Part shown: positions 1 through 8,664 of the stretch, in pieces
Layout of the letters: every line of letters starts with the position of its first letter
Numbering within the stretch: the stretch's first letter is position 1
From: Salinivirgaceae bacterium
GTDB lineage: Bacteria; Bacteroidota; Bacteroidia; Bacteroidales; SZUA-534
Reading direction: 5' to 3'
DNA length: 64,000 nucleotides
Assembly (NCBI GenBank): GCA_024405635.1
Contig: JAKSOL010000001.1
Span: 128,001 to 192,000, forward strand
Notes under the pieces: model-generated
What the model was told of the DNA's origin: nothing
Databases searched by the model: none
The model's input: the letters and a program-made list of their open reading frames with translations, nothing else
Translations under genes and position numbers: made by a program

Positions 1-2500
1 TTGATAGTGGATTTAGAATTGCGCGTTCAATAAGTCGTTTTATTGGGCGAGCTCCGTAGTTAATGTCAAAACCTTGGTCGGCAATTGCGTCAATGGCTGT
101 GTTGTCGATTGTTATGTTAACACCTTGTGCAGCAAGTCGTTCTGATAGGTGATGCATTTGCAATTCTACAATTTTCTTTATGTCGGTTTTTAATAGTGGC
201 GAAAACATTATTATTTCGTCAATTCGGTTTAAAAACTCGGGTTTTACAGTGGCTTTTAGCATGTTTAGTGCTTTTTCTTGTGCCGATTCAATTACCATTT
301 GACGGTTGTTGTCGTTCATTTTTTCAAACTCTTGTTGTATTAGTTCCGAACCAATGTTTGACGTCATTATAATAATGGTGTTTTTAAAGTTCACTGTTCG
401 TCCTTTGTTGTCGGTTAGTCGTCCGTCGTCGAGCACTTGCAGTAGAATGTTGAAAACATCGGGGTGAGCTTTTTCAATTTCGTCGAGCAAAACAACTGAA
501 TATGGCTTGCGGCGAACGGCTTCGGTTAGTTGACCTCCTTCGTCGTAGCCTACATATCCCGGAGGTGCTCCTATTAGACGCGAAACGGAGTATCGTTCTT
601 GGTATTCCGACATGTCAATTCGTGTCATTTGAGTGTCGTCGTTGAACAGAAACCCTGCTAATGCTTTTGCTAGTTCGGTTTTTCCAACACCGGTTGTGCC
701 TAAAAAGATGAATGATCCAATGGGCTTGTTGGTGTCTTGTAGTCCGGCACGGCTACGGCGCACAGCATTTGATATTGCCGATATAGCCTCGTCTTGACCA
801 ATAACGCGTTTGTGAAGTTCTTGCTCAAGGTTAATTAGTTTTTCGCGTTCGGCTTGCATCATTTTCGAAACTGGAATGTGAGTCCATTTTGATACAACTT
901 CGGCAATGTCTTCTGGTGTAACAACCTCGCGAATCATGGCTTCGGTTTGTGTTTGCAGTTTGGCTTTTTGTTGTTCAATAATGTTTTCGCATTCTTTGAT
1001 TTTTCCATAGCGAATTTCGGCTACTTTGCTGTAGTCGCCGTTGCGCTCGGCTTGTTCGGCTTCAAGTTTTAGTTCTTCAATGCGTTTTTTATTGTTCTGA
1101 ATGTCGTCTAATACAGCTTTTTCGGCCTTCCATTTTGCTGTTTTTGCAGTCAACTCGGCATTTTTTTCGCTCAGTTCTTTGTTTATTGAGTTGAGTTTTG
1201 CCGAGTCGCCTTCGCGTTTTATGGCTTCTTTTTCAATCTCAAGTTGCATCACATCGCGTTGTAGTTCGTCAATGTCTTCGGGTACCGAGTTCATTTCCAT
1301 TCTTAGTTTTGATGCAGCTTCGTCAATAAGGTCTATGGCTTTGTCGGGAAGGAAACGATCTGATATATAGCGGTTTGATAGTTCAACGGCGGATATTAAA
1401 GCATCGTCAAGAATTTGCACTTTGTGGTGCATCTCGTAGCGCTCTTTCAGTCCTCGCAAAATTGATATTGAACTGCATGTGTCGGGTTCGTCAATTATTA
1501 CTTTTTGAAAACGGCGTTCAAGTGCTTTGTCTTTTTCAAAGTATTTTTGGTATTCGTCAAGTGTGGTGGCACCAATTGAACGCAGCTCGCCACGAGCAAG
1601 CGCGGGTTTTAAAATGTTGGCAGCGTCCATTGCTCCGTCGCCTTTTCCTGCTCCCACAAGCGTATGAATCTCGTCAATGAAAAGAATTATTTCACCGTTT
1701 GTGCTAATCACTTCGTTTACAACACTTTTCAATCGTTCTTCAAATTCGCCTTTGTATTTTGCGCCAGCCACAAGTGCGCCCATATCGAGCGAGTAAATTT
1801 TTTTGGTTTTCAAATTTTCGGGCACATCGTTTCGTACTATACGGTGAGCAATGCCTTCGGCTATTGCTGTTTTTCCGGTGCCGGGTTCGCCAATAAGAAT
1901 GGGGTTGTTTTTGGTGCGGCGACTAAGTATTTGCAAAATGCGTCGAATTTCGTCGTCGCGACCAATTACTGGATCGAGTTTGCCTTGGGCGGCTTGCTCG
2001 TTAAGGTTAATGGCATATTTGGCAAGCGACATGTAGTTGCTGTCAGCGTTCTCGCTGGTTACTTTTTGTCCTTTGGTTATTTCTAATATGCAGGTTTCAA
2101 CTGTTTTGGGGGTCAAACCTTGGTCGCGTAGCATTTTTCCAATTTGGCTGCGGTCGTCAACAATTGCTAGCCAAAGATGCTCAACCGACACAAATTGATC
2201 GCCTTTTTTGTTGGCTAATTGTTGTGCGTTTGCAAGAATTGCATTTGAGTCGTTTGATAAATATACATCGCCTCCTGAAACTTTTGGGTATGAGTAGTTT
2301 ATACTATCAATTATGCCATTAAGTGTTTGTTCTGAAATGTTGTGTTTTTGCAAAATGTAACGGCTTACGTCTTTCTCAACATCGAGCAAGGCTTTTAGTA
2401 TATGACCTGGCTCAATGGCTTGGTTTCCAGATGCATTAGCAATGTTTACTGCGTTTTGCAGAACTTCTTGCGTCTTAATTGTGAAATTGTTAGTGTTCAT
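1..2500 (-). CDS. clpB: ATP-dependent chaperone ClpB (3' end runs off the window)
   Basis: Manual translation from ATG at 2500: [17 protein letters not shown]..., [37 protein letters not shown] (Walker A 1), coiled-coil M domain, [14 protein letters not shown] (Walker A 2), [24 protein letters not shown] at the window edge. Absent from the ORF track because it is incomplete. Confidence 0.96.
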   Translation of the reverse strand, partial: MNTNNFTIKTQEVLQNAVNIANASGNQAIEPGHILKALLDVEKDVSRYILQKHNISEQTLNGIIDSINYSYPKVSGGDVYLSNDSNAILANAQQLANKKGDQFVSVEHLWLAIVDDRSQIGKMLRDQGLTPKTVETCILEITKGQKVTSENADSNYMSLAKYAINLNEQAAQGKLDPVIGRDDEIRRILQILSRRTKNNPILIGEPGTGKTAIAEGIAHRIVRNDVPENLKTKKIYSLDMGALVAGAKYKGEFEERLKSVVNEVISTNGEIILFIDEIHTLVGAGKGDGAMDAANILKPALARGELRSIGATTLDEYQKYFEKDKALERRFQKVIIDEPDTCSSISILRGLKERYEMHHKVQILDDALISAVELSNRYISDRFLPDKAIDLIDEAASKLRMEMNSVPEDIDELQRDVMQLEIEKEAIKREGDSAKLNSINKELSEKNAELTAKTAKWKAEKAVLDDIQNNKKRIEELKLEAEQAERNGDYSKVAEIRYGKIKECENIIEQQKAKLQTQTEAMIREVVTPEDIAEVVSKWTHIPVSKMMQAEREKLINLEQELHKRVIGQDEAISAISNAVRRSRAGLQDTNKPIGSFIFLGTTGVGKTELAKALAGFLFNDDTQMTRIDMSEYQERYSVSRLIGAPPGYVGYDEGGQLTEAVRRKPYSVVLLDEIEKAHPDVFNILLQVLDDGRLTDNKGRTVNFKNTIIIMTSNIGSELIQQEFEKMNDNNRQMVIESAQEKALNMLKATVKPEFLNRIDEIIMFSPLLKTDIKKIVELQMHHLSERLAAQGVNITIDNTAIDAIADQGFDINYGARPIKRLIERAILNPLS

Positions 2501-2559
2501 AGTGCTTATGATTTATGTGTGTTAATTATAAACAGTTTTTTTTATCGCTTTGTTGAATG

Positions 2560-2575
2560 GCAAATTGTAAGCCAA
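2560..2575 (-). promoter_or_regulatory. Putative sigma54 (-24/-12) promoter for clpB
   Basis: Minus strand reads TTGGCTTACAATTTGC = GG-N10-GC, 60 bp upstream of the clpB start. Confidence 0.55.
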
Positions 2576-2698
2576 GCCTTATGGTAAAATGGCTTTCTTT
2601 TTGTTTGCGTTTTGTAAATCGTTGTTAATTAGGCGATTGCATGTAATGTGGCAAATTGTTACATGCATGACAATTTTTCATAAATAATTGAAAAGTAA

Positions 2699-2724
2699 TG
2701 CCAAAATGACAAATTGGTCATTTT
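2699..2724. promoter_or_regulatory. Palindromic operator/enhancer candidate in the clpB-M23 divergent region
   Basis: AAAATGAC-AAATTG-GTCATTTT (2703-2724) has perfect 8-bp arms. Related TGNCA elements lie at about 2649 and 2668. Confidence 0.45.
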
Positions 2725-2829
2725 TATTAACGAGGTTAACCTATGTGTAAAGAGTGTTAATTTTCGATAAAAGTTTGCGTAGTAATAATATATAACTACA
2801 TTCGTGCCCAACAATACTGACAAAAATCA

Positions 2830-3783
2830 ATGAAAACTGCCTATTATTTCGATGAAGATTCGCTGCAAATGGTTGAGCGGCGTACTTCGTGGGTAAGCAG
2901 TGCGGTGCAAAAAGCAAAACCTTATTTTTGGGGGTCGCTTGTTGTTTCGGCACTAGCTTGGGGCGCAATGTCATTTGGTTTTTTGCCTTCAATTGGTAAT
3001 TCAAATCTCCAAACCGAGCAAATTGAAATTAAAGCAAAGTTGGATCAACTTAACAGCCGTTTTGCTGATGTTGAAGATTTCCTTTCGCTTGTTCAATACC
3101 GCGACGATAGTTGTTTTCGTGTGATTGCACAAAAACAACCTATTCCAATGTCGGTTCGTCAGCCTAACTTTGGTGGTATTAATAAATATGAGTCGCTTGA
3201 GAGTTTTCCTTTTGGCGATGATTTGGTTGATGCTAATAACCGCGCCGATTACCTTCAACGTAGATTGAATGTGCAATTGAGTTCGTATCGTTCAATGGAA
3301 AAGAATGCAAGTTTATACAACGATAGTTTGTTAGCCATGCCAGCTATTTCTCCAATGGCTCCACATCGTTTCAGAATATCATCATCGTTTGGAACTCGTA
3401 TTCACCCAATCTTACGTGCGCGTTTTCATCACGATGGTGTTGACTTTGCCGCAAAAGAAGGTACCGAAATCTTTGCAACTGGTAGCGGAGTTGTTACAAA
3501 GGTGATTCGTAGCAAATCGGGCTACGGAAATATGGTTGTTATTAATCACGGTTACGGATATACATCGCGTTATGCTCACTTGAGCAAAATTAAAGTTGCT
3601 GTTGGCGATACTGTTCAACGAGGAACTGTTATTGCATTGTGTGGCAATACCGGTTTGTCAACAGGTTCGCATCTTCATTACGAGGTGATTAGTAATGGCA
3701 CAAAGAAAGATCCTCAAGGATTTATGGCATTTGACTTGAACTCTACCGAGTTTAAGGAAATGCGTAATGCTTTTGCTGAATAA
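2830..3783 (+). CDS. M23 family metalloendopeptidase (peptidoglycan hydrolase)
   Basis: HDGVD (HxxxD), YAHL and HLHYEV zinc motifs, with an N-terminal TM helix and coiled coil. Confidence 0.92.
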   Translation: MKTAYYFDEDSLQMVERRTSWVSSAVQKAKPYFWGSLVVSALAWGAMSFGFLPSIGNSNLQTEQIEIKAKLDQLNSRFADVEDFLSLVQYRDDSCFRVIAQKQPIPMSVRQPNFGGINKYESLESFPFGDDLVDANNRADYLQRRLNVQLSSYRSMEKNASLYNDSLLAMPAISPMAPHRFRISSSFGTRIHPILRARFHHDGVDFAAKEGTEIFATGSGVVTKVIRSKSGYGNMVVINHGYGYTSRYAHLSKIKVAVGDTVQRGTVIALCGNTGLSTGSHLHYEVISNGTKKDPQGFMAFDLNSTEFKEMRNAFAE

Positions 3784-3999
3784 TATTTTTCTTTCTGTTT
3801 TTTTACTTTGAGGCAAATGGTTTAAACTTTGCTTTGTTTTATGCGCACAATTGTATTTGTTGTGCTAACAATCGGTTTTTTCTTCTTCAATAAGTAAAAA
3901 TTGAACATGCGGAATTGGTTGTTCTGCATCTTGTTCAATAAAAACTAACATTGGTGCAGGGCCATTATATTTCAGTCATAAATGAATGATGATGAGCAT

Positions 4000-6357
4000 T
4001 TATGGTTGTGAAGTTTGAAAAACGATTTTTACAGGAGCTAAACCGGGCGAAGTGGCTGATAGTGTAACAATGCCGCTTTGTCGTTTTGAGCGAAGAATAA
4101 CCGTTGTTTCTCCATTCCAAAGGCGGCGAGTGTTGCTAATGTATGGTTCTTCGCTTTGTATGTCGCCATTTGTTACGGCAACAATTTCAGCAGGGCCTTC
4201 AACGTTGAATGTTATTTGATTTCGGTAAGTTTGGTTTAGTCGGTCTTGGTTGTCAAGTGCCGATATGGTAATGTGTTGAAGGTCGTATCCATCGGCTTTC
4301 CAATTGTTATTGTCGTGTTGGGCAAATAGGTGAGTAGCTGATGTTGCTGTTTCAATTTTGTGGTAAGCAACCACCTTGCCGTTGGTGCGAGCAATGGCAA
4401 CAAGTGTTCCTTGCTCAAATGGTACTTTTTTCCATGCGGTGTGGTTTGCTATATGCGATATCGATCTGTCGTTTTGTTTTGTGCCAAGACTTTTGCCGTT
4501 TAAAATCAGTTCCATTTCGTCGGCATTGCTAATAACCCAAAGGTTAAGAGAGTCGCCTTGTCGAAAATTCCAATGGTCGAGTATGTTGGTTGTGCTAATT
4601 TGTTCGCCTGTCCATCTGCTGTTGTTGGTTATACTTGAAATGCAAATGTGAACAGTTGGCTCTTCAGGCATAAAGAACGATTTTAAAAGATATGCGCTTG
4701 GTTTTGGTTCCATGTTGATATAGAATGTGCCTTGTCCCCATTTTAAAGCTGGCCAATGGCTTGTCTCGCGCAAATAGTCGATTAGTCCCCAGTATGCAAT
4801 TCCAATATTTTTTTCTTTTTCAAAATCGATAAAACTTTGGCCTATCATTGCCACGTTTGCCTCGCTTAAGTAAAAATTCATCCAAGGGAAAAGGCGTTTA
4901 TCGTTGTTTGTGTATGCAAATCGGTAGTTATATGCCTGAATGTCGGTAATGTATGCCAAGTCCGATGGTAGAGAGTCGGTGTTTAAGTTGCGTCCGTGAG
5001 GGTGCATTGTGGCAGTGGTAGGGCGAGTGGTGTCGTATCGCTGAACTAGTGTGCGCATCAATTTATAAGGAGTTACGCCCCAGTCGGCAAAGGGGAGGTT
5101 GGGGGTTAATTGGTTTTCGTTGCCAAGGCTCCACATTATTACGCAAGGGTGGTTGCGGTCGCGTTTTATGAATTCAGAAACATTGCTTTGCCATAAGCTG
5201 TTCCAATCGCGGCGTCCGCCTGCATATTGCGTGAGCCATTTGTCGTAAAGTTCGTCAACTACTAAAATTCCGTATTGGTCGCAAAGGTTCAGAAATGTTT
5301 CGCTATATGGGTTGTGCGATGTGCGAATGTGGTTTACACCAAATTGTTTTAGCGTTTGTATGCGTTTTTCGTTGGCACGTTCGTAATCGGCAGCGCCAAG
5401 TGCGCCAAGTGTATGGTGGTTGGCCATGCCTTTTAGCAACACTTTTTTCCCGTTTAGCTTAAAGCCAAATTCTGGGCCATATTCAATGCTGCGTATGCCA
5501 AAAGTGCTTGTGGCAATGTCAATTATCGAATCTTTGGTAATTATTGCCGATTCAACGGTGTATAGTTTTGGCGAGTCGAGGTCCCACAATTCGGGATTAT
5601 TTATGCTAATGCTGTCAATTCGATATTCAAATGTGTTGGCTATTTGCTTTAATGATACAGTGTTTTTCGATACTGCTTTTCCTTCGGGATTGCGAACTAT
5701 GGTTTGAACGTAGATTGGTTCTTTTGATTTTGGGCGACTTATTTCAGCATTGATAATAACAGTGGCTTGTTTGTCGCTAACGTTAGGTGTGATTATTTGC
5801 AAGGGGTGGCGCTCAAAGTAAGTGGTGCGGTTTGTAACTATTAGTTTAACGTTTCTTGTTAATCCACCGCCAGTGTGCCAGCGCGAGTTTTCGGGGTTTT
5901 GCAAGTTGGCTTTCACTGCAATTATGTTTGGTCCGTTCCAGTTTACGTGGTCGGTTATGTCAACTTCAAATCCAAGGTAACCATAGTCGGTGCTGCCAAC
6001 GTGTTCACCGTTTAAATAAACATCGCCAACGTACATAATGCTTTCAAAATCAAGCAATAGGCGCTTGCCTTTCCATTCGTTGCGCAAGTTTAGTTGGCGA
6101 CGGTACCAACCTATGCCGCTTTTTACCAATCCTGCCGAAATGTTGTTGGGTTGCTTTGGGTACGATGGGTGGGCTATTTGAAAGTCGTGTGGAACATTTA
6201 TTATGCGCCAATCGGAGTCGTTTAATTCTACCGATTCGGCATTGTTTAAATCGCCAAAATGAAATTTCCAACTAAAATTGAGGTCATATACTTCGCGCGA
6301 TGTTGCTATGTTGTTGAATAGTAATAGAGTAGCGAGTATTGCAAAAAGCCTTTTCAT
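4000..6357 (-). CDS. Glycoside hydrolase family 2 (beta-galactosidase-like), secreted
   Basis: Signal peptide MKRLFAILATLLL (ATG 6357 preferred), NHIRTSHNP, RDRNHPCVIMWSLGNE acid/base motif, C-terminal Ig-like domains. Confidence 0.9.
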   Translation of the reverse strand: MKRLFAILATLLLFNNIATSREVYDLNFSWKFHFGDLNNAESVELNDSDWRIINVPHDFQIAHPSYPKQPNNISAGLVKSGIGWYRRQLNLRNEWKGKRLLLDFESIMYVGDVYLNGEHVGSTDYGYLGFEVDITDHVNWNGPNIIAVKANLQNPENSRWHTGGGLTRNVKLIVTNRTTYFERHPLQIITPNVSDKQATVIINAEISRPKSKEPIYVQTIVRNPEGKAVSKNTVSLKQIANTFEYRIDSISINNPELWDLDSPKLYTVESAIITKDSIIDIATSTFGIRSIEYGPEFGFKLNGKKVLLKGMANHHTLGALGAADYERANEKRIQTLKQFGVNHIRTSHNPYSETFLNLCDQYGILVVDELYDKWLTQYAGGRRDWNSLWQSNVSEFIKRDRNHPCVIMWSLGNENQLTPNLPFADWGVTPYKLMRTLVQRYDTTRPTTATMHPHGRNLNTDSLPSDLAYITDIQAYNYRFAYTNNDKRLFPWMNFYLSEANVAMIGQSFIDFEKEKNIGIAYWGLIDYLRETSHWPALKWGQGTFYINMEPKPSAYLLKSFFMPEEPTVHICISSITNNSRWTGEQISTTNILDHWNFRQGDSLNLWVISNADEMELILNGKSLGTKQNDRSISHIANHTAWKKVPFEQGTLVAIARTNGKVVAYHKIETATSATHLFAQHDNNNWKADGYDLQHITISALDNQDRLNQTYRNQITFNVEGPAEIVAVTNGDIQSEEPYISNTRRLWNGETTVILRSKRQSGIVTLSATSPGLAPVKIVFQTSQP

Positions 6358-6440
6358 TTGTTTATTCAAGTTTTTTTTGTTGTGGCGCAAATATAAGGCT
6401 TGGTTGCTAATGGTTTTGTTTGGGCTGTTTAAAACCGAAT

Positions 6441-6482
6441 AAAAAAAACGGCAGCACTCGTGTTTTGAATGCTGCCGATTTT
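6441..6482 (-). terminator. Intrinsic terminator after the acyl-CoA ligase
   Basis: CGGCAGCA...TGCTGCCG stem flanked by A8 (U-tract on minus strand). Confidence 0.7.
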
Positions 6483-6509
6483 AGTCTTAATTCAAGTTTT
6501 GGTACTGAA

Positions 6510-8165
6510 TTATATTTGATAGATAAAGCGTTTGATGCTCTTTTTAGGAGTTTTTTCAAACTCTTCGTTGTAAATCTTAACACCAGCAATTTGGCTGAAG
6601 TTTGGAAGATCTTTGTTTAGTTGGAACACCAATTGCTCAATTGTAGTTTTAATGTCGTTGTCGTGAATACCTTGTTGAGTAAGTGCTTCAAAATCAGGAT
6701 AAATCAAGGCGTAAAGTTTTCCATCTTTTTCAGCAACAATCGATTCGGTAACATAGAACAAGTTGTTGATGCGATCCTCAATCTCTTCGGGGTAAATGTT
6801 TTGTCCGCTAGGACCAAGAATCATATTCTTGCTACGACCTTTGATAAATACGTTGCCATCTTTGTCCATAAGGGCAAGGTCGCCAGTGTGGCCCCAACCT
6901 TCAGAGTCAATGAATTGTTTTGTAGCTGCTTCGTTTTTGTAGTAGCCAATCATCATATTGGTACCGCGTGCAAGAATTTCGCCTGGAATATTCTCTGGGT
7001 CGCTTGAGTCGATTTTAATTTCCATGCGTTCAACAGGGCGGCCGCACGAACCTTTTGCAAAGGTGCTCCAATCGGAGAATGTTAAAATTGGCGCAAACTC
7101 GGTCATGCCGTAACCTACGGTGTATTCAAACTTAATTTTCTTCAAAAAGTCTTCAATACCTTGGTTTAGTGGAGCACCACCAATAATAACCTCTTTAAAA
7201 TTGCCACCCAAAGCCTCGCGTACTTTTGAGCGTATATTGCTGTAAATCTTATCGTTAATTACAGGAATGTTTAGCATAAAGTTGATAATTGGACGCTCGA
7301 TTTGTGGGAATACTTTCTTGCGGATAATCTTTTCAAGAATAAGTGGAACCGAGATGATAAGGTCTGGTTTAACTTCAGCAAATGCATCGGTAATGATTTT
7401 TGGCGATGGGGTACGAGTTAAGAAATAAATGTGAGTACCAACACCAAATCCATAAAGGAACTCAAATGCTAAACCGTACATGTGTGCCATTGGTAGAATT
7501 GACACTAACTTTTGTCCGCTCTCGCTGCCAATTGCGTTTACTGCAAATACATAGTTTGAATATAGCGTGCGGAATGGAAGCATAACGCCCTTTGATGCGC
7601 TTGTTGTTCCCGATGTGTAGTTGATTAGTGCAAGATCTTCCCAGTTTTCGGCTGCAAGACTAAAGTCGTTTGGTAGGAACTTGTGTGGGAAACGTTGTGC
7701 AAACATCAAGTTTAGGTTGTTGCGCGCATAGGTTAGTTTTTCGTTGCGCGATACGCGGATTTCATAATCTTCCATGCGTATAATGCCTAATAAATCAGGC
7801 ATTGAAGCTTCATCTAGTCCGCTCCAAACATTGTCGCCAACAAATAGCAAGCGCGACTCGCTATGGTTAACAATGTGATGAATGTTATCGGGTTTGAATT
7901 CGCTCAAAATAGGTACGGCAACTGCTCCATACGACAATGTTGCCAAAAAGGCTATGCCCCAAGCCGATGAGTTGCGGCTACATAGTGCAATGCGGTCGCC
8001 TTTTTCTATACCGCACTCTTCAAACAAAATGTGAAGTTTCACAATTTGGCGAGCAACATCGCGGTATGTGTTGGTTGTTCCTTGATAATCGGTAAGTGAA
8101 GGTTTACCCCAATTGTCTCGAATGGTTTTTTCGAAGACGGTCATGAGGTTGCTATTCATTTCCAT
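6510..8165 (-). CDS. Long-chain fatty-acid--CoA ligase (AMP-binding family)
   Basis: YTSGTTSASKG P-loop, GYGMTE, TGDL, and GRSKNMILGPSGQNIYPEEIE motifs. Confidence 0.92.
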   Translation of the reverse strand: MEMNSNLMTVFEKTIRDNWGKPSLTDYQGTTNTYRDVARQIVKLHILFEECGIEKGDRIALCSRNSSAWGIAFLATLSYGAVAVPILSEFKPDNIHHIVNHSESRLLFVGDNVWSGLDEASMPDLLGIIRMEDYEIRVSRNEKLTYARNNLNLMFAQRFPHKFLPNDFSLAAENWEDLALINYTSGTTSASKGVMLPFRTLYSNYVFAVNAIGSESGQKLVSILPMAHMYGLAFEFLYGFGVGTHIYFLTRTPSPKIITDAFAEVKPDLIISVPLILEKIIRKKVFPQIERPIINFMLNIPVINDKIYSNIRSKVREALGGNFKEVIIGGAPLNQGIEDFLKKIKFEYTVGYGMTEFAPILTFSDWSTFAKGSCGRPVERMEIKIDSSDPENIPGEILARGTNMMIGYYKNEAATKQFIDSEGWGHTGDLALMDKDGNVFIKGRSKNMILGPSGQNIYPEEIEDRINNLFYVTESIVAEKDGKLYALIYPDFEALTQQGIHDNDIKTTIEQLVFQLNKDLPNFSQIAGVKIYNEEFEKTPKKSIKRFIYQI

Positions 8166-8419
8166 GTTAATTAGTTTTTTAGTGTTACGAGATTGTTTTA
8201 TGCAACTATTGTTCCAAAATCAATCGATGGATTGATGGCGAATGTTAAAAGTGCATGCTTTGGGGTGGGTGAATGTTGTAAGTTGTTGTTAATTAGTATG
8301 TTGATGCGTTAGGGGGAGATGATAAAAAACGTTTTGTCGCTCTTTTTTTTGTTTGCTGAATTTGTTTTGATGTGTGCAGTTAAACCACGATACAAACACA
8401 ATTTCCCATATTAACGCCC

Positions 8420-8599
8420 GTAGAGACGCGGCATGCCACGTCTCATTGTATTTTTTTTGGGGGAGATGGCGTGTGCCATTTCTGTGTTTGGTGAAAATCC
8501 GTTGGTATTTGGAGACGCCGCGTGCGACGTCTCTACAAACGCAACATGCCACATCTCATTGTATTGGTTTTTGGGAGATGGCGTGTGTAACGTTTTTAC
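8420..8599. repeat. Cluster of GTAG-type REP-like palindromes (about 5 copies, two well preserved)
   Basis: GTAGAGACGCGGCATGCCACGTCTC (8420-8444) and the inverted GAGACGCCGCGTGCGACGTCTCTAC (8512-8536), plus degenerate copies. A unit of about 49 bp repeats at 8426-8474 and 8539-8587. Confidence 0.75.
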
Positions 8600-8606
8600 A
8601 GGAAAC

Positions 8607-8641
8607 AAAAAAAGGCATTGCCGTGAGTTGACAATGCCTTT
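8607..8641 (-). terminator. Intrinsic terminator of paralog A
   Basis: AAAGGCATTG-N11-CAATGCCTTT preceded by an A-run, 24 bp past the stop codon. Confidence 0.75.
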
Positions 8642-8664
8642 GTATGGTTGCGGTTTACGTTATT

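Noticed and set aside
127-2587. Plus-strand ORFs over 127-2587 and the many short antisense ORFs throughout the window
   Set aside because: They are shadows of clpB and other well-supported genes on the opposite strand or in another frame, with no motifs.
8420-8599. Possible CRISPR array
   Set aside because: Repeats are degenerate and occur in both orientations, spacers are duplicated rather than unique, and no cas genes are present.
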